Below the pieces are notes generated by a model. It saw only the letters and a program-made list of their open reading frames with translations. It did not search any database and was not told where the DNA came from. A program made the position numbers and the translations under genes. From positions 185,783,228 through 185,821,030 of the forward strand of contig NC_068981.1 in the NCBI RefSeq assembly GCF_001194135.2: DNA of 37,803 nt. The letters are read 5' to 3'. This stretch comes from Octopus bimaculoides. Lineage: Eukaryota. Below are positions 33,719 to 37,803 of the stretch, piece by piece; within the stretch, counting starts at the first letter, position 1, and every line of letters starts with the position of its first letter.

Positions 33719-33853
33719 CTTTTACTCTTTTACTTGTTTCAGTCATTTGACTGCGGAGCACCGCCTTTAGTCGAGCAAATCGACCCCAGAACTTATTCTT
33801 TTTAAGCCTAGTACTTATTCTATCAATCTCTTTTACCTAACCACTAGGTTACA
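33719..33853 (-). mobile_element. SINE family B, 3' part
   Basis: tactcttttacttgtttcagtcatttgactgcggagcaccgcctttagtcgagcaaatcgaccccagaacttattc. Confidence 0.85.
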
Positions 33854-33934
33854 TAGTCTATAACAATTGTAGTTGAAGGAACCATCCCCTTTTTGCAATT
33901 CTTACAATTTCCATCTATATATTTTTGTTGTTGA

Positions 33935-34300
33935 TGATGATCTTGATAATGACGATGACGACGACGACGACGACAACGACGACGATGATGATGATAATAA
34001 TGATGATGATATGAGGATGATGTTTATGACGACATTGAAGATCATGATAATGACCATAGTTCATCACCATCATCATCATCATCCTCACCACCATTACCGG
34101 GATCATCATTATCAGCGTTGTAGTCACTGGCGACCTCGTCATCATCATCGTCATTCTCAGTTTCCTATTTGTCATCACCACCACCACAACCACCACCACC
34201 AACACCACGATCTCTCCCAACCTCACCTTCTCCTTCTCCTCTTCCTGCGCCCCCTTCTCATCACTGTAATCATCATCATCGTCATCAATGACGTCATCAG
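33935..34300. repeat. Mixed trinucleotide microsatellite (GAT/GAC then CAT/CAC)
   Basis: Direct reading. Confidence 0.95.
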
Positions 34301-34961
34301 CATCATTTATTGTGTTTTTTTGTCTTCTTTATTGTTGTCTCAATGGTCACATTATTTCTCACCAATATGTACCTTCATTATCATCATTATAGTTATTACC
34401 ATTAAAAACTTTGAATTTTTCGAATTACCAATATATTTAATCACTCCCAACAATAATATGGAAATCTATTTTTGCGTTCATTTACAGCAATTATTGTTTT
34501 TAGCTTTCATCAAATTTGTTATACCTTTTCTTCCATTTTTTCGATAGACATTTTTTTTTGTTTTTGCAAAATTTCTGTAACTGAAAAGTCATAATTCTAG
34601 ACAAGTAATATGAAATCACAGCATCAATTAAAAGAAAGAATAAATTACTTTTTATATAATTTGAAGGCCTATTATAAAAGAATATATCGACTCTAGCATT
34701 ATACTTTTAACTTATAGCGTAGATTTTAACCTGGCGAGAGACAGGCTGAATAATTTCGATTTAGCTTGGAACAATGGCAGAACTCTGTCCCTCTGGTTTT
34801 CAAATTTGGATTTGGATTCGGATAAGGTTATGTACTGAAAGAAGTCAAGTAACTTAAATTTGCAATCAAAATCCACCTGTTTTGACATTCATGTGTATGT
34901 ATATATATATATTATATCTATCTATCTATTTCTTTGTCCCCCTCACTCTCACCCTCTCTCT

Positions 34962-34992
<31 letters not shown>

Positions 34993-35357
34993 NNNNNNNN
35001 NNNNNNNNNNNNNNNNNNNNNNNNNNNNNNNNNNNNNNNNNNNNNNNNNNNNNNNNNNNNNNNNNNNNNNNNNNNNNNNNNNNNNNNNNNNNNNNNNNNN
35101 NNNNNNNNNNNNNNNNNNNNNNNNNNNNNNNNNNNNNNNNNNNNNNNNNNNNNNNNNNNNNNNNNNNNNNNNNNNNNNNNNNNNNNNNNNNNNNNNNNNN
35201 NNNNNNNNNNNNNNNNNNNNNNNNNNNNNNNNNNNNNNNNNNNNNNNNNNNNNNNNNNNNNNNNNNNNNNNNNNNNNNNNNNNNNNNNNNNNNNNNNNNN
35301 NNNNNNNNNNNNNNNNNNNNNNNNNNNNNNNNNNNNNNNNNNNNNNNNNNNNNNNNN

Positions 35358-35531
35358 GAGGGGGCAAACACAGACACACAATCATATACGCACACACACA
35401 CACACACATACATAATACATACATACATACATATATACATATACACAACGGGCTTCTTTCAGTTTCCGTCTACCAAATCCATTCACAACGCTTTGTTCGG
35501 CCCGAGGCTGTAGTAGAAGACACTTGCCCAA
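35358..35531 (-). mobile_element. SINE family B (internal microsatellite + CORE part) after gap 34993-35357
   Basis: gagggggcaaacacagacacac...acaacgggcttctttcagtttccgtctaccaaatcc...cggcccgaggctgtagtagaagacacttgcccaa. Confidence 0.85.
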
Positions 35532-35660
35532 ACTCGAAACGTGAAATACTCTTTCTTTTCTTTCCTTTCCTGAGCGTCCAATAACACTGTACTTATTCCA
35601 CGTTATCGTGTTGTTGCTTTTTCGTGGTTTTCGTGTTTTTTCCTTGTTTGTTAATATTTT
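35532..35660 (+). mobile_element. Possible Penelope-like element terminal fragment
   Basis: ctcgaaacgt followed by a pyrimidine tract and cctgagcgtccaataa resembles the CGAAACG-containing ends of Penelope-like elements; recognition is from memory only. Confidence 0.3.
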
Positions 35661-36045
35661 AATTGATTAATATATATATAATAATACAAATGATATATGA
35701 GCATATGAATGTATACGTACATATATGTACATACCTACATCTACATGTATATATAGATGCATATTCGGGTACAGGACGTTGGACAAATGAACGGGGACAT
35801 AAAGACAAAATGGACTTTGTTTACAGAAAACAGAACGAACACTTAGGAAAACAAACAAGCCACTTATGGAATTATTCTTTCATTAGCTGCCTCTATTCTA
35901 AAACTAGGCGTTTCGAAGATAATGCAGGACGCACTCTTAGAATAGTTTCTTCCTGAGTAGTAGATTAACCCACTAAATAGAGGATTCCAAGGTAGCAAAC
36001 ACAAACCAAGACAGGACATACATATATATATATATATATATATAT

Positions 36046-36191
36046 GCGCAGGCGTGGGTGTGTAGGTGTAATAAGAAGCTTGCTTCGCAACCACATGGCA
36101 CTTTGGGAAAGTGTCTTCTTGTATAGTCTCCGCCCGACTAAAGCCTTGTGAATGGATTTGGTAGAGGGAAACTGAAAGAAACCCTTCTTAT

Positions 36192-36225
<34 letters not shown>

Positions 36226-36430
36226 ACACACACACACACACATATATATGCATATGTGTGTCCGTGTACGTCTCCGATGTTGCTGTGTTTAAGTCCCTGA
36301 AACGTAGCGGTTCGACAAAACAGAGCCGATAGAATAAGTACTAGGCTTATAAACCATAAGTCCTAAAGGTGGTGCTTCAGCAAGGCCGCAGTCAAATGAT
36401 TGAAACGAGTAAAAAAGGAGTAAAAGGATA
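36046..36430 (+). mobile_element. SINE family B, near full length with two internal deletions
   Basis: gcgcaggcgtgg...gcaaccacatggcactttgggaaagtgtcttc...(CA)n...gatagaataagtactaggctt...gcagtcaaatgattgaaacgagtaaaa. Confidence 0.85.
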
Positions 36431-36431
36431 C

Positions 36432-36432
<1 letters not shown>

Positions 36433-36515
<83 letters not shown>
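36433..36515. repeat. (TG)n microsatellite
   Basis: Direct reading. Confidence 0.95.
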
Positions 36516-36516
<1 letters not shown>

Positions 36517-36676
36517 GCCTCCCCGTAACATAGCGGTTCTGTAAAAGTGAACGCTTGAATAAGTACCCAGTCTTTAAAGATAGTATGGGGTCGATTCATT
36601 CGACTAAAGGTGCTTTAGAGCAGTACTCCAGCTTGGCCGTAACCTAATGACTGGAACAAATAGAAGATAAAAGATA
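36515..36676 (+). mobile_element. SINE family B, 3' half
   Basis: ctccccgtaacatagcggttc...aataagtacc...ggggtcgattcattcgactaaagg...ctccagcttggccg..aatgactggaacaa. Confidence 0.7.
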
Positions 36677-36745
36677 AATCATGAAAATTAAGCGTTGGAG
36701 AAGGTGAATCTATTCAAGAAATAAACGCGCAGCACCAGCTGTGGC

Positions 36746-36806
<61 letters not shown>

Positions 36807-37255
36807 ATTATAGTGCTGGCGGTGGTGGTAGAAATAGTAGTAGTATTAGTGGTGGTGGTGGTAGTAGTAGTAGTGGTATTAATAGTAGTATTGGTGATGG
36901 TTGTGGTGGTGGTGGTGGTAGTGGTAGTGGTATAGATGATGGTGGAGGTGGTGCTGGTGCTGATAGTGGGGGCGGTAGTAGTAGTAGTAGTAGTGGTGGT
37001 GGTGGTGGTGATGGTGTTATAGATGATGGTGGAGGTGGTGGTGGCAGTAGCATTATTATTAGTAGTAGTTGTGGCGATAGTGGTGGTGGTGGTGGTGATG
37101 ATAGTAGTAGCGAAAGTAGCATTAGTAGTATTAGTAGAAGTAATGGTGGTGGTGTAGTCGTAGGCATAAGAGCATGAAATAGAGGCGGAGGTGACGTATG
37201 AGGAGGAGAAGAAGAGGAAGACAAAGAGAAAGAGGTGGAGCAAGAAAAAATAAAT
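36746..37255. repeat. (TAG)n then mixed (TAG/TGG)n and GAG/GAA low-complexity tract
   Basis: Direct reading. Confidence 0.95.
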
Positions 37256-37495
37256 AATAAATAAAAGAAATGTTATGTTTGGAAAGAAGAGAACGTAGAA
37301 ACATGATCCCTTATTGAATTAGATCAATACTTAATCAATAACTAAATGCATACACAAAAAGAACAAGAGTTATAAATACATACGAACGTATAATGTGTTT
37401 ATTTAACCATACGAGACGAGACACCATACCATTTCTAGATGCACAGACCAACGAAAACTGAATAAATACGCACACACAAAAAAAAGGTGGCCGAG

Positions 37496-37518
37496 TACTA
37501 CTACTACTACTACTACTC

Positions 37519-37556
<38 letters not shown>
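37496..37556. repeat. (TAC)n microsatellite
   Basis: Direct reading. Confidence 0.95.
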
Positions 37557-37650
37557 GATCAATGAATCAAAGCGAGTTGCTGTGGAACCTGATGCACAAT
37601 CAATCCCTCTGCTAGAAATAGCAACTACATGTGTGACGAATTCTACAATA

Positions 37651-37700
37651 CAGTAGTACCTCGTTATATCGCGGTTCACCTATCACGGTTTATTATTTAA
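37651..37700 (+). mobile_element. Probable Tigger/pogo-like DNA transposon terminus
   Basis: TA-CAGTAGTACCTCGTTATATCGCGGTTCACCTATCACGG. A TA target followed by CAGT...CCTCG and an internal CGCGG repeat is typical of Tigger/pogo TIRs; no partner end is visible in the window. Confidence 0.5.
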
Positions 37701-37803
37701 GCTTACATCGATTCTTTCGTGGTGTTGTTTTGTATTTATAATAAAATAAATGTATATGCAAATTATGAAAATAATATTATATACATATATATATATATAT
37801 ATA

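Noticed and set aside
33873-34547. 224-aa Asp/His-rich ORF (possible metal-binding protein)
   Set aside because: It is a translation of GAT/GAC/CAT/CAC microsatellites; there is no splice or domain support.
5088-35584. Long ORFs containing X runs and YI/CV/HT repeats
   Set aside because: Artefacts of N-gaps and dinucleotide repeats.
36710-37243. Thr-rich (mucin-like), Pro-rich and Val-rich ORFs
   Set aside because: These are stop-free frames of TAG/TGG repeats, open on both strands and in several frames.

Overview
AT-rich eukaryotic (animal) genomic DNA from a gapped draft assembly. Ten N-gaps total about 4 kb, and almost all sit inside or next to microsatellites. I can identify no intact protein-coding gene, and nearly all supplied ORFs are microsatellite, N-gap or transposon artefacts. 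The repeat content looks like an octopod cephalopod genome (inference, not a database match). It includes about 20 copies of one tRNA-headed SINE (here 'family A'), about 10 pieces of a CORE-type SINE with an internal microsatellite ('family B') and three further tRNA-headed SINEs. Decayed coding remnants include two mariner-derived MITEs, an internally deleted mariner, a second Tc1/mariner N-terminus, a Helitron Pif1-helicase fragment and a CR1/Jockey-like LINE reverse transcriptase. A Tigger/pogo-like end and a possible Penelope end are also present. The window most likely represents a long intron or intergenic DNA. I found no evidence for a novel multi-gene system. The best leads are a possible 70-bp target-site duplication, a head-to-tail SINE array, SINE tail swapping around a shared hairpin, an unexplained 156-bp duplicated module, and a minus-strand exon / 67-nt intron / exon unit whose acceptor is directly followed by a 5' splice site (AG|GTAAG). 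Coordinates were read by eye, and element edges may be off by several bases.
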